Shown here piece by piece: positions 8,930-18,318 of a stretch of DNA of 24,647 bases. The notes beneath the pieces were generated by a model, which did no database searches, had not been told where the DNA came from, and was given only the letters and a program-made list of their open reading frames with translations. Position 1 is the first letter of the stretch; every line of letters starts with the position of its first letter. The stretch comes from a virus (Duplodnaviria; Caudoviricetes), in the IMG/VR virus record IMGVR_UViG_3300020252_000104, positions 1 to 24,647 of that record. The stretch is one strand, 5' to 3'. A program made the position numbers and the translations under genes.

Positions 8930-9742
8930 ATGGCATTCAATAGAGAGCTATCACAATTTGGTCATTATGTATTCGTAGATGATACTACTGGAAAGATTGG
9001 TATAACTACTACCTCTACTCCAAATGTGGGTATTGGTACAACCAATCCAGAGTATAAACTCGATGTACATGGTGATGCAAGAGTTACTGGCAATCTATTA
9101 GTTAGTGGTGATATTACTTATGATGAAGTTGTTGGTAGAAACCTCAATATTACGGGTGTTTCTACATTTGTTGGTGTATCAACTTTCCAAAGTGATGTTT
9201 TTATTGGTGGTGATTTAGATTTTAAAGGTGATCTATATCAAGATGGGCAATTATTTACTGCTGGTGTAGGTATTGGTTCTACTAATAACCGAGTAGGATC
9301 TGATGTAATTACGAATAAAATTGGTGTTGGTTTTACCGACATTAATTTTGTTGGTTCTGGATTAGTAGTGACCGGTGCTGGTTCTACAGTTATTGTTGAT
9401 CTTACTGATTTGGAAGTTACTGCTGAAGCAACTGTCCCATCTCTCGCATTACTATCATCTTCAATAGTTTTAAATAATATTGATAAGAATAAATCTTTCT
9501 TAACTAACACTGTTGGTACTGGATTTACGGTCACATTAATGGCATCTAAATCTCCTGGTGATTTTATTGAATTTCATGATACAGAATCTACTTGGGACAT
9601 AAATAATCTTATGGTTGAAACCCAAAATAGCGAACAGTTTAAAAATCATTTAGGCACCATCGATTCTCCTCTAGCGTGTGATGTTGCCGGTGCCGCTGTT
9701 AAGTTAGTTTGGACTGGCAATTACTGGAGGTTATTTACATGA
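8930..9742 (+). CDS. Putative tail fibre/baseplate-associated structural protein
   Basis: NVGIGTTNPEYKLDVHGD fibre-shaft motif and TGVSTFVGVSTF repeats; C-terminal TVTL..SPGDFIEFHD...WDINNL.V..KLVWTGNYW resembles T4 gp9/gp10-like modules. Confidence 0.65.
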   Translation: MAFNRELSQFGHYVFVDDTTGKIGITTTSTPNVGIGTTNPEYKLDVHGDARVTGNLLVSGDITYDEVVGRNLNITGVSTFVGVSTFQSDVFIGGDLDFKGDLYQDGQLFTAGVGIGSTNNRVGSDVITNKIGVGFTDINFVGSGLVVTGAGSTVIVDLTDLEVTAEATVPSLALLSSSIVLNNIDKNKSFLTNTVGTGFTVTLMASKSPGDFIEFHDTESTWDINNLMVETQNSEQFKNHLGTIDSPLACDVAGAAVKLVWTGNYWRLFT

Positions 9743-10122
9743 CGATGTTCCTAAGTGGGAGTATGGTATCCGGCACTTCAAGTGGGGGAGGGGGAGGACT
9801 CTTATTTGGACAACAAGATAGCTTTACCGTTCATGCTCTGAGAAGAGATGATGATGGGATGCTTAGATATACCAAAGTAAAAACCACAGATACTGAAGTT
9901 GTTGATGTTTCTCATAGACTTGATGGAACTCCTTATCCAGAATTTTTAGAAGGTCTTGATTATGTTGAAGAGACAACTGAAGAGAAAACATATAAAAATA
10001 ATATCTACGATAAATACCAACAGTTCAGGTTTGATTTTAGGAAAATTTCCTACTACATTGATGATGATGGATATCTAACTGTATCTTTTAGTGATCATGA
10101 TTATTCCGCAGGACCAAAATAG
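9739..10122 (+). CDS. Hypothetical phage protein (127 aa)
   Basis: ATGA overlap at 9739-9742 favours this start over track start 9709; acidic/aromatic globular sequence (HALRRDDDGMLRYTK, YQQFRFD..ISYYIDDDGYL). Confidence 0.7.
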   Translation: MTMFLSGSMVSGTSSGGGGGLLFGQQDSFTVHALRRDDDGMLRYTKVKTTDTEVVDVSHRLDGTPYPEFLEGLDYVEETTEEKTYKNNIYDKYQQFRFDFRKISYYIDDDGYLTVSFSDHDYSAGPK

Positions 10123-10138
10123 GAGTTAAAGAAAAGCA

Positions 10139-13100
10139 ATGGCTGAATTTAGACTTGGTAGATTAAAATTCAACTGGAGAGGTGACTGGACTGTTAACAC
10201 CGCTTTTGTCATTGATGACATTGTAAAGTATGGTGCTAATACTTACGTCTGTAAGGCTAATCATACCTCCCCTGGCAACGAAAATCTTTTTTATTCTACA
10301 AATTTTAGTACCTACTGGTCCTTACATACTGAAGGTATTGCTAGTAAAGGTGACTGGCAAGCAAATACTTGGTATAAGATAAATGATATCTATAAGTATG
10401 GAAATACTCAGTATAGAGTAACAACGGGTCATACCTCTGGGGTTTCTTTTGTTAATGCCAACCATGAGAAGTATGTTGAATCATTTAATTATGAGGATAC
10501 TTGGGACGCATCAACACAATATCAAGAAGGTGATGTTGTAGCTTATGGTGGTTATACTTATATTTCTAAGAGTATTAATACTGGTGTAACTCCACACAAT
10601 AATGCAGGAACTTGGGATATTTTAACTACAGGATTTAATGTAGTTGGTGAGTGGAACAGTTCCACTGCATATAAGCAAGGTGATGTAGTCCAATATGGTG
10701 GATATACTTACGTTGCTATTGCTAACACGACTAATGTTGTACCTACAACTACTGCAAGTTGGACATTAGTATCTAAGGGTATTAATTGGAAAGGTAATTG
10801 GAATTCAACAACTCAGTATCAATTAGGTGATGCTGTTAAGAGATTAAGTAATAGTTATATTGGTATTGCAACTGCTGGTAGCCTTAATCAGGATCCTTCT
10901 ACTGATACCAATAGTACTTATTGGAGTCAGTTGGTAGAAGGTGCTGCTAACAATGTTATGACCACCAGTGGTGACATGGTGTTCTATAACACTGGTGCTG
11001 CAAGACTACCTATTGGTAATGATGGTCAAACTTTAGCAGTAAATTCTGCAGGTTTACCTACTTGGGAGAGTAATAGTGTAAGTCATCCAGTTTTCTATGT
11101 AACTGAAGAGGGTAGTGATACTAATGATGGCTCAAACATCAGTAGGTCTTTTGCTTCTGTTAAGCATGCTTGTAGAGAAGTAGGACTTACTACTAGTAGA
11201 GCATCTATCTATGTAAAAGCAGGTACTTATCTAGAGCAACTTCCTATCGTTGTACCTGAAGGTGTATCTATTGTTGGAGATAACTTAAGATCTACAAAGA
11301 TTAGACCAAAGTCTGGTCTTGCTCATCAACAGCATTTAACTCTTGCTACTGCACCATCTTCAGTTTCTTATGGTTCTTCTATCTTTACTGGTGATGGAAC
11401 TAAGTGTGCATCTATTTTAGACTCTTCATACGACGAAAAAACTATTGAAATTCGTTGTATTTCTGGTGGTCTATGGGATACTAATGATACTTGGGAGAAT
11501 GGTGCTAGTGATATTGCGATTACTAATGTAGAAACCAGACCAAACGAAGAAGCTAATATGTTCTTAATGAGCAATGCTTCAATGCTCAAGGACATCTTGA
11601 TGGAAAATCTGACAGGTTTTGAACCTGCAGGTATTGTAACTGCCAGAACAGTGACTATTTCTGAAACTGTAATGACTGGTAGCGATTTCTTCCCCGATCT
11701 GGTAGGAACTACAGTTGTTGGTGCTGGTGTATCAACTGGTACTAAGGTTTCTGGATTTGTGAACACCACTACCGTTGAAGTTGACAAACCACAAACTGTT
11801 AGTTCTGCAACTAGTGTTACTTTTGAAGCACAAGACTATGACCCCAACAACGCTAAGATTAGGGGTGTATTCGTTGCACTAAATCCTGAAAGTAGAATTA
11901 TTAAATCACCTTATGTATCTAACTGTTCTTCATCTTCAGTAAAAGGTATTGGTGCAGTTGTAGATGGTGGTATTCACCGTCAGTTTGTTGATGGATCTGC
12001 AACTCCATCAAACAAATCCATTGTGTTTGACTCCTTTACCAATATTCATGACGAAGGTATTGGTTTCTGGATTACTGATGGTGCTGTTGCTGAAACTGTA
12101 TCTTGTTTCACATATTACTGTCATATTAGTTACGCTGCAACCCGTGGTGGAAGACTTAGATCACTGGTTGGTAACTCTTCTTGGGGTAAGTATGGTGTTG
12201 TTAGTTCTGGATTTAGCCCTCTTGAAGTTTCCAGAGATGGTTTCATCGAAGGACTAGTTCTTCAATATGATGAAAGTACTTTAGCTGGTGGATCTTTCGC
12301 TCCTGGTGAGAGAATTAGAGGTACTACTTCTCAAGCTATAGGTAAGATCAATACCATTCAGGGAGCACTTCAGAATCAAATTTACTACAGTGTAATCACT
12401 GAAGGACCTGTTGGTGTTGGTACTGGATTCGTTGGTGGTGAAACAATCACTGGTCAAACTACTGGTGTTACTGCAACTCTGGCTTCAAACGGTCCAGAAG
12501 CTAACAGAGGTCAAAGTGGATTTGCTCTAGTTCTTTCTGGACTTGGAACTAATCCTCCCGTAGCTACTAACGGTAGTATTGAATTTGAAACTGGTTCTGG
12601 TAATGGTGGATTTAATAGTGCCGATATAACTGGTGCAGATCCATTCACATTTGTTATCAATGGTGTATCTCAGATAGGACCTTCTGGAAGAGGTAGTATC
12701 GTCATTGATAGAGCACAATTACAATCTACTGGAGCTGCTCATACTGGTGGTAATACCACCTTTATCAAATATCCAGTTACATCTGACACTGCTACTTTCC
12801 TTACACCAGCTACTAACTCAGAAACTACTATTCAGGTCAGTAGCATTGCTGGATTTACTCCTGGTGGATATGTGCTATCACCATCTGGTGAGTTGATGAA
12901 GGTTAGTTCTTTCCCAACTGCCAACTCAATCGTTGTAGCTAGAGCACAAGATGGTGCTGGCATTGCATCCTCTTATGCTATTGGCGAAACTATTACTGCC
13001 ATTGGTACTACTAGTTTCCTGAATGCTGTTGAAGTTAATAAGGACTTTACCGGCATTGCTACGCAGTTTAAAGCAACTTCTTCATCAACATTTGGTGGTA

Positions 13101-13822
13101 CTGAGGGTAGTTTCCTTAAGATTGATGATGAATTTGTTAAGGTGACTGGTATTACTACAGATACTTTTGGTACTACTACAGTTACTTTGGTTGAAGAGAA
13201 GGCAGCGAAGGCATTTGATCAGCAGGAAATTAAGATCCGCTACATCTACAGTCAAGCAAGACTAACTGGTCATGACTTCTTGCAAGTTGGTACTGGTGGC
13301 ACTGCTACAACTAACTGGCCAGCAGCACCTACTTATCAACCAGTTCCTACTCAGGAAATTACTGAATCGTTCCCAGGTCGTGTATTCTACGTTTCAACTG
13401 ATAATGAAGGTAACTTCCGTGTTGGTAAGTACTTCCGTGTTAACCAGGCAACTGGTTCTGCAACTTTGAACGCTAGTGCATTCGATCTATCTGGTCTAAC
13501 TTCATTGCGATTGGGTTCTATTGGTGCTCAGTTGGGTGCTCAAATTAATGAGTTCTCTACTGATCCAACAATGTCTCAAAACAGCAATGAGAAAGTTCCA
13601 ACTCAAGCTGCTGTTAGACAATTTGTTGAGTCTCAAGATGCTTCAACTTTACTTGCAGCACAAAATGCTGCACAGTTGGGAATTGCAACTGCTACCGTAC
13701 ACGCTAATGCTGGTGTTAGTACTGCAATATCCCATGCTAATGCTGGAATCGGTACACTCAGAACAGAGAATGCCACTCAGATTCAGGCATCTGAATATTT
13801 TGTTAGCCAGATGATTGGCTGA
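10139..13822 (+). CDS. Large virion structural protein: N-terminal CBM-like aromatic repeats plus pectin-lyase-like beta-helix region
   Basis: AGGAG RBS at 10121-10125; five W-x5-[YF]-x2-[GDN]D-x-x-x-[YR] repeats; VFYVTEEGSDTNDG..FASVKHA, IYVKAGTYLEQLPIVVPEGVSIVGDNLR, SPYVSNCS and HDFLQVGTG motifs typical of cyanophage structural proteins. Confidence 0.8.
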   Translation: MAEFRLGRLKFNWRGDWTVNTAFVIDDIVKYGANTYVCKANHTSPGNENLFYSTNFSTYWSLHTEGIASKGDWQANTWYKINDIYKYGNTQYRVTTGHTSGVSFVNANHEKYVESFNYEDTWDASTQYQEGDVVAYGGYTYISKSINTGVTPHNNAGTWDILTTGFNVVGEWNSSTAYKQGDVVQYGGYTYVAIANTTNVVPTTTASWTLVSKGINWKGNWNSTTQYQLGDAVKRLSNSYIGIATAGSLNQDPSTDTNSTYWSQLVEGAANNVMTTSGDMVFYNTGAARLPIGNDGQTLAVNSAGLPTWESNSVSHPVFYVTEEGSDTNDGSNISRSFASVKHACREVGLTTSRASIYVKAGTYLEQLPIVVPEGVSIVGDNLRSTKIRPKSGLAHQQHLTLATAPSSVSYGSSIFTGDGTKCASILDSSYDEKTIEIRCISGGLWDTNDTWENGASDIAITNVETRPNEEANMFLMSNASMLKDILMENLTGFEPAGIVTARTVTISETVMTGSDFFPDLVGTTVVGAGVSTGTKVSGFVNTTTVEVDKPQTVSSATSVTFEAQDYDPNNAKIRGVFVALNPESRIIKSPYVSNCSSSSVKGIGAVVDGGIHRQFVDGSATPSNKSIVFDSFTNIHDEGIGFWITDGAVAETVSCFTYYCHISYAATRGGRLRSLVGNSSWGKYGVVSSGFSPLEVSRDGFIEGLVLQYDESTLAGGSFAPGERIRGTTSQAIGKINTIQGALQNQIYYSVITEGPVGVGTGFVGGETITGQTTGVTATLASNGPEANRGQSGFALVLSGLGTNPPVATNGSIEFETGSGNGGFNSADITGADPFTFVINGVSQIGPSGRGSIVIDRAQLQSTGAAHTGGNTTFIKYPVTSDTATFLTPATNSETTIQVSSIAGFTPGGYVLSPSGELMKVSSFPTANSIVVARAQDGAGIASSYAIGETITAIGTTSFLNAVEVNKDFTGIATQFKATSSSTFGGTEGSFLKIDDEFVKVTGITTDTFGTTTVTLVEEKAAKAFDQQEIKIRYIYSQARLTGHDFLQVGTGGTATTNWPAAPTYQPVPTQEITESFPGRVFYVSTDNEGNFRVGKYFRVNQATGSATLNASAFDLSGLTSLRLGSIGAQLGAQINEFSTDPTMSQNSNEKVPTQAAVRQFVESQDASTLLAAQNAAQLGIATATVHANAGVSTAISHANAGIGTLRTENATQIQASEYFVSQMIG

Positions 13823-13834
13823 TTTTATTATAAC

Positions 13835-13842
13835 TATAAATA
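13835..13842 (+). promoter_or_regulatory. T4 late promoter TATAAATA
   Basis: Perfect consensus, intergenic before ATG 13869. Confidence 0.8.
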
Positions 13843-13868
13843 ATACAAGACAAAGGAAACTTTAAAAA

Positions 13869-14189
13869 ATGGCATCTGGTATTTTAGGACAATCTGCATT
13901 GTCCGCAACTACAAATACATCAGTGTATACGGTTCCTGCCAGTACTCTTTCTGTTGTTAATGTAAATGTTTTGAATAGATCAACATCGAGTGCTGCTTTA
14001 GTTAGACTTGCTGTTGCTGCGACTGGTACTCCCAATAATGCGGAATATCTTGAATATGATGTATCTATCCCTAAAAGTGGTGTTCTTGAGAGAACTGGTT
14101 TAGCACTGAATGCATCTAAACAAATAGTTGTATATGCTGATACTGCTGATGTTTCCGTAAGTGTTTACGGAATTGAACAGGCAGTTTAA
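13869..14189 (+). CDS. Small beta-rich putative structural protein (106 aa)
   Basis: Late promoter upstream; the domain (SG[IV]L..[VI]YT.P..EY[LI][ED]Y..L.A...G) recurs twice at the N-terminus of the 23218 ORF. Confidence 0.75.
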   Translation: MASGILGQSALSATTNTSVYTVPASTLSVVNVNVLNRSTSSAALVRLAVAATGTPNNAEYLEYDVSIPKSGVLERTGLALNASKQIVVYADTADVSVSVYGIEQAV

Positions 14190-14225
14190 ATTACACCCAT
14201 TATAACCTACTGAGGCAATAAAAAA

Positions 14226-15293
14226 ATGGCAGCAGACGTTTTAGCATATAATGCTCTGGCGGAAATAAATCAAGAGTTAAGAGAGCAAGTTGTTGGTCTA
14301 ACAACCGCTATCGTTGATGCGGGTGGTACTTTAGGACAACCACTTCAGTGTGCTCCTGGCGTTGATTTAAGTGAAAGAAAGCGTTGTATTCTTAATAACG
14401 CCGGATCACCTAATGCAGGTATGTGGTGCATGATTCCTAAGTTACCAGCATCTGGTTCCAATTGGACTACTGGGTTTAAGGTTTGTGATACTACATCTTA
14501 TAGGAGATGTGGTGCTACTTGTACTTGGACTGTTCCTAGCGGAACTGATTGTGTAAGATTCCAAGTTTGGGGTGCAGGTGCAGGTTCTGGATCTGGTTGT
14601 TGTTGTGGTGGATCACCTAATGGTGGTCAAGGTGCCTATTCATCTGTAATTATGCCTGTGCAATCGGGTTGGACCTATACTCTCTGTGCCGGTTGTGCAT
14701 ATTGCTGTTACGTAGAAAGAGCACAGTTTGATGTAGATGGTAATTCTAGTTACGTTCAAGGATGTAATCTATGTAACTTCTGTGCTGAAGGTGGTGAAGG
14801 AAATATTTTCTGTGAAGCAAAAACCAGGCAATATTATGCATCCAACATTTTTAGTTGGTGCATATACATGGCAACTTGTATTTGTAATAATGGAACGGAT
14901 TACTGCTTTGAACAAACAACTCCAGGACTAGGGTATCCCCAGGGGAGAAGAGATGCTAGTGGTCAAGCAACTCAAAGTTGTAAGAGGGGTTATGGATGTG
15001 TTTATGAGTGCCCGAATCAAGTATATAATATTCCTGGGCAGTACAGTTACTTTGCAATGGATTATGGAATGGATCAATTCTGTCTGTATCAACCAGGTGC
15101 TTATGGATACAGAACTCAAAGTTGCTGCTGCCACTGTGTGAATAATGAAAACAGTGGATGCTGCTATCAAGCATGTTACTGCCACCAGATGGCACCAGGT
15201 CAAGGTGGTGTTGGATATTCTACCTGTGGTGGTGATACCAGCGGATGTGGTGATGTAGGTAGAATGGGTATGGTTTGTGTATCATACTGTTGA
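14226..15293 (+). CDS. Cys-rich protein, paralogue 1 (adhesin-tip-like framework)
   Basis: About 38 Cys in 355 aa by hand count; CTWTVPSG..RFQVWGAG, CCC, TYTLCAGCAYCCY, SYVQGCNLCNFCAEGG, GRMGMVCVSYC. Confidence 0.8.
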   Translation: MAADVLAYNALAEINQELREQVVGLTTAIVDAGGTLGQPLQCAPGVDLSERKRCILNNAGSPNAGMWCMIPKLPASGSNWTTGFKVCDTTSYRRCGATCTWTVPSGTDCVRFQVWGAGAGSGSGCCCGGSPNGGQGAYSSVIMPVQSGWTYTLCAGCAYCCYVERAQFDVDGNSSYVQGCNLCNFCAEGGEGNIFCEAKTRQYYASNIFSWCIYMATCICNNGTDYCFEQTTPGLGYPQGRRDASGQATQSCKRGYGCVYECPNQVYNIPGQYSYFAMDYGMDQFCLYQPGAYGYRTQSCCCHCVNNENSGCCYQACYCHQMAPGQGGVGYSTCGGDTSGCGDVGRMGMVCVSYC

Positions 15294-15294
15294 T

Positions 15295-15302
15295 TATAAA
15301 TA
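15295..15302 (+). promoter_or_regulatory. T4 late promoter TATAAATA
   Basis: Perfect consensus, intergenic before ATG 15337. Confidence 0.8.
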
Positions 15303-15336
15303 ACTACTAGGTAAAAACCAGAGGTCGTACAAAAAA

Positions 15337-16011
15337 ATGGCAAACATTACATCATCGTTCACTCATCTACTCCCAACTGAATTATATGTGGCTGGTATAT
15401 CCACAAATGTAAGTGGTAGCTATACATATAATGGTCCTGAGACCTTTGATGTATGGATTGAGGCAGCCACTGGTAAATTTATTCAGGTAAAATCTGAACC
15501 TGCTCCAGAAGCAGGTATTTTATCGAAAACTATCAATGCTGCTGATCCATCACAATTACCTGCTGCATATCTGGTAAGTCATTTCTTCCATGATGATTAC
15601 CAATGGAACTATGTCCTTGAAGACGAAGTTCAATCTAATGGAGATGTTTATAAGAAAATTACCAATCCCGACTTAAGAGATGCATATGAACTTAGGTGGG
15701 ATTTTGATACTAGTAAATGGGTATTTGATCAAATTCTTAAGTTAATGTCTAATGACGCCGTCGATGAGGCGAAGCGAAGAAGAGATTATGTAAAGACCTA
15801 TGCCGATCAATATGATTTTGGTGATACTATTAATACTAAAATAGATCATTACATAGCAGGTATTGGAACCTTTATTGGAAATAATCCTGAGCATAAAACT
15901 TGGAAGTTTGTAACTCTTCCTGATCCAGTTGGAACTATTCCAAAAATTCCAGTTGAGATTAGTGTTGAGTTGTCAAAAGTTTCAATTAGTGGTTTAAGTG
16001 TTGGAGGTTGA
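15337..16011 (+). CDS. Hypothetical protein, possibly a tail-fibre assembly chaperone
   Basis: Lies between the two Cys-rich paralogues; helical C-terminus (DEAKRRRDYV...PKIP) is loosely reminiscent of fibre assembly chaperones; contains no Cys. Confidence 0.55.
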   Translation: MANITSSFTHLLPTELYVAGISTNVSGSYTYNGPETFDVWIEAATGKFIQVKSEPAPEAGILSKTINAADPSQLPAAYLVSHFFHDDYQWNYVLEDEVQSNGDVYKKITNPDLRDAYELRWDFDTSKWVFDQILKLMSNDAVDEAKRRRDYVKTYADQYDFGDTINTKIDHYIAGIGTFIGNNPEHKTWKFVTLPDPVGTIPKIPVEISVELSKVSISGLSVGG

Positions 16012-16019
16012 TTGAGTAA

Positions 16020-17084
16020 ATGGATGTATTAGTCTACAGTGCGCTTAACGAACAAGCTGCACTTAAAAAAACTGTTAGAGAAATGCAGCACTGCTTGTTC
16101 TGTTTAACAGACAAGTGTGCTCCCCCAACACCACCACCATCTGCAATTACTCCTGCTTCTTGCTGGCTTGCTCAAGAGAAGAGTATGTGGCATGAAGTCT
16201 GTTGGTGTTGTTGGACATTAATTGATACTGGATCATACAATAATAATACCTGGACTGGTGAGATAAATGTATGTGATGATACTGGATATTATCGTTGCGG
16301 TAGAAGTTGTAACTGGACTGTACCTAGTGGTGTAACAAAAGCTAGATTCCAACTATGGGGTGCTGGTGGTGGTGCAAATAAACCACCTTGCTGCTGTGGA
16401 CATACTAACTTTGGTAATACTGGCGCTTATATGTCAGTTATTATTCCAGTAACTGCAGGACATACTTATACTTTATGTGCTGGTTGTGCGTACTGCTGTT
16501 ATGCATACAGTACATCTGGTGCTAATAGAATGTCTGGATGCCCTTCATATGTTCAAGGATGCCACTTCTGTAATTTCTGCGCAGATGGTGGACGTGGTTC
16601 ATATGCAACATGGAATGGTGATATTGGATCATATTGTGCTTGTAGATTCTCGGGTTATGCTCAACCAGGTTATGGATTCCACATATGTAATACTGGTGGA
16701 GATCTTTGCCATACTGGATATAATACGTGTTGCCATATTAAATATGCATCAGGTGCTGGATATCATGGTGCTATTACGGATATAGATAATCCAACTGAAG
16801 AGAATGTTGTTTATGGTATCCGTGGTTTGTGGCCTTGTCTCTGTAATGATAGTAACAACTATGGTTGGGAGTGTCATGCTCCAATTTACTGCTTCCACGA
16901 CAACACTAGATGTAATCCTTCTTGGTCTTCTGGAAACTGTTGTGGATGCCAGTGCTCTGCCTGGACAAGTAGTTATCTTAGATATCCTGGTGCAGGTGGT
17001 TTCTACTCTCATGCAATGGGTGGTGGTACTGGACTTTATGGGGACTCTGGTAGATTTGGAATGGTTCGTGTATCCTACTGTTAA
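16020..17084 (+). CDS. Cys-rich protein, paralogue 2
   Basis: About 37 Cys in 354 aa by hand count; same conserved blocks as 14226..15293 (CNWTVPSG..RFQLWGAG, CCC, TYTLCAGCAYCCY, SYVQGCHFCNFCADGG, GRFGMVRVSYC). Confidence 0.8.
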   Translation: MDVLVYSALNEQAALKKTVREMQHCLFCLTDKCAPPTPPPSAITPASCWLAQEKSMWHEVCWCCWTLIDTGSYNNNTWTGEINVCDDTGYYRCGRSCNWTVPSGVTKARFQLWGAGGGANKPPCCCGHTNFGNTGAYMSVIIPVTAGHTYTLCAGCAYCCYAYSTSGANRMSGCPSYVQGCHFCNFCADGGRGSYATWNGDIGSYCACRFSGYAQPGYGFHICNTGGDLCHTGYNTCCHIKYASGAGYHGAITDIDNPTEENVVYGIRGLWPCLCNDSNNYGWECHAPIYCFHDNTRCNPSWSSGNCCGCQCSAWTSSYLRYPGAGGFYSHAMGGGTGLYGDSGRFGMVRVSYC

Positions 17085-17117
17085 GTAGTAATTACCACAC
17101 AACTGAATAAAACACTG

Positions 17118-17151
17118 TACCATCGGTTGACTAAATAAATCACCGATGGTA
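17118..17151. repeat. Inverted repeat TACCATCGGT-N14-ACCGATGGTA (hairpin/operator-like)
   Basis: Perfect 10-bp arms at 17118-17127 and 17142-17151, extendable by 2 bp with one bulge; AT-rich loop. Confidence 0.85.
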
Positions 17152-17155
17152 TAAT
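17127..17155 (+). promoter_or_regulatory. Sigma70-type early promoter: TTGACT-17 bp-TATAAT with extended -10 TG
   Basis: -35 TTGACT 17127-17132, TG 17147-17148, -10 TATAAT 17150-17155; RBS GAGGT 17166-17170 precedes ATG 17180. Confidence 0.8.
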
Positions 17156-17179
17156 TTTAGGCATTGAGGTTTGACTTGA

Positions 17180-18307
17180 ATGAATAAAGCGTTTTTCATT
17201 AACGGAGGGGCGGGGAGAGTTCTCTGTTCTATCCCTGCATTAGAGAAGTATGCAGAAACCCACGACGATTTTATTATCGTAGCGGAATCTTGGGGAGAAC
17301 TTTACTTATGTTGTCCCAATCTAAGAGAACATGTTTATCCTATGGGACATAAGGGTCTCTTTGAAGAAAAATTATTAGATAAAAAGATTATATCTCCAGA
17401 ACCATATAGAGTTAATCAATACTTCAATCAAAAATGCAATTTGATTCAAGCATTTGATATTATTATTAATGAACTTGATGAACCTAGAGAACTTCCAAAG
17501 ATTAAACTTGATATTAGCAAAGAAGATCAAATAACTGGTTATAATATTATTACTGAAGTTAGGCAAAATTTAGAAAAAGAAAAGGTTATTGTATTTCAAC
17601 CCTTTGGACAAGGATCAAAAGTATCTGGCAATTTCATATATGATTCTAGCGGTAGAAGTTTTGAAGTTTCTAACGTGATTCAAATAATTGAAAGACTGAA
17701 AGAAAAATATGGAGTTATCTTGATGTCAGATATTGACATCCCTGGTTGGACGCAAATGGGTGTTGCTAGACCAAAAGAAATTGGTTTAAATGGATGGGCT
17801 GGTGTTATCAATGGTGCTGATTATTTCCTAGGATGTGATAGTGTAGGACAGCACTTTGCACATGCTGTTAATACACCAGCTTGTGTTGTTATTGGATCAA
17901 CTTTCCCCGAAAATATTTCATATCCACAGTCTAGTAACTTTAATATTATTGATAATGGTAAAGGTAAGAGGAAGTATAGTCCTATTAGAATTACTTTTAA
18001 TATAGACTGTGATCGAAATAACGAAAGTCTTATGGTGATGGAAGAAAAACAGATTGATGAGATTATTAAGACGATTGATAAAAAACTAAAACCATCTAAA
18101 AGTTTTAGTGGGTCTAAATTGAATGGTATTAAACCTTCTTCAAAAGGTGGACCTTCATCTGCTCCACTAGTAAACTTTAAGCCAGCAACTCCTGGTTCAT
18201 TTAAAAAAGAAAAAACTGCAAAGAAAAAACCAATTGATGAAATAATGGAATTAGAAGTGAGTAAAACAAAAGAACAAACTACTGAAGTTGAAAAAGTAAT
18301 TTCCTGA
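17180..18307 (+). CDS. GT-B glycosyltransferase, family 9 (heptosyltransferase)-like
   Basis: N-terminal FFINGGAGRVLCSIPAL, VIVFQPFG and ADYFLGCDSVGQHFAHAVNTPACVVIGST, resembling the GT9 motif DSGxxHxAxAxxxPxxxxFG; Lys-rich C-terminal tail. Confidence 0.7.
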   Translation: MNKAFFINGGAGRVLCSIPALEKYAETHDDFIIVAESWGELYLCCPNLREHVYPMGHKGLFEEKLLDKKIISPEPYRVNQYFNQKCNLIQAFDIIINELDEPRELPKIKLDISKEDQITGYNIITEVRQNLEKEKVIVFQPFGQGSKVSGNFIYDSSGRSFEVSNVIQIIERLKEKYGVILMSDIDIPGWTQMGVARPKEIGLNGWAGVINGADYFLGCDSVGQHFAHAVNTPACVVIGSTFPENISYPQSSNFNIIDNGKGKRKYSPIRITFNIDCDRNNESLMVMEEKQIDEIIKTIDKKLKPSKSFSGSKLNGIKPSSKGGPSSAPLVNFKPATPGSFKKEKTAKKKPIDEIMELEVSKTKEQTTEVEKVIS

Positions 18308-18318
18308 GGTTTATAGTA

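Noticed and set aside
17118-17160. Rho-independent terminator call for the hairpin
   Set aside because: Long loop and only a weak, offset U-tract (ATAATTTT); overlap with a consensus promoter is the better-supported reading, though termination is not excluded
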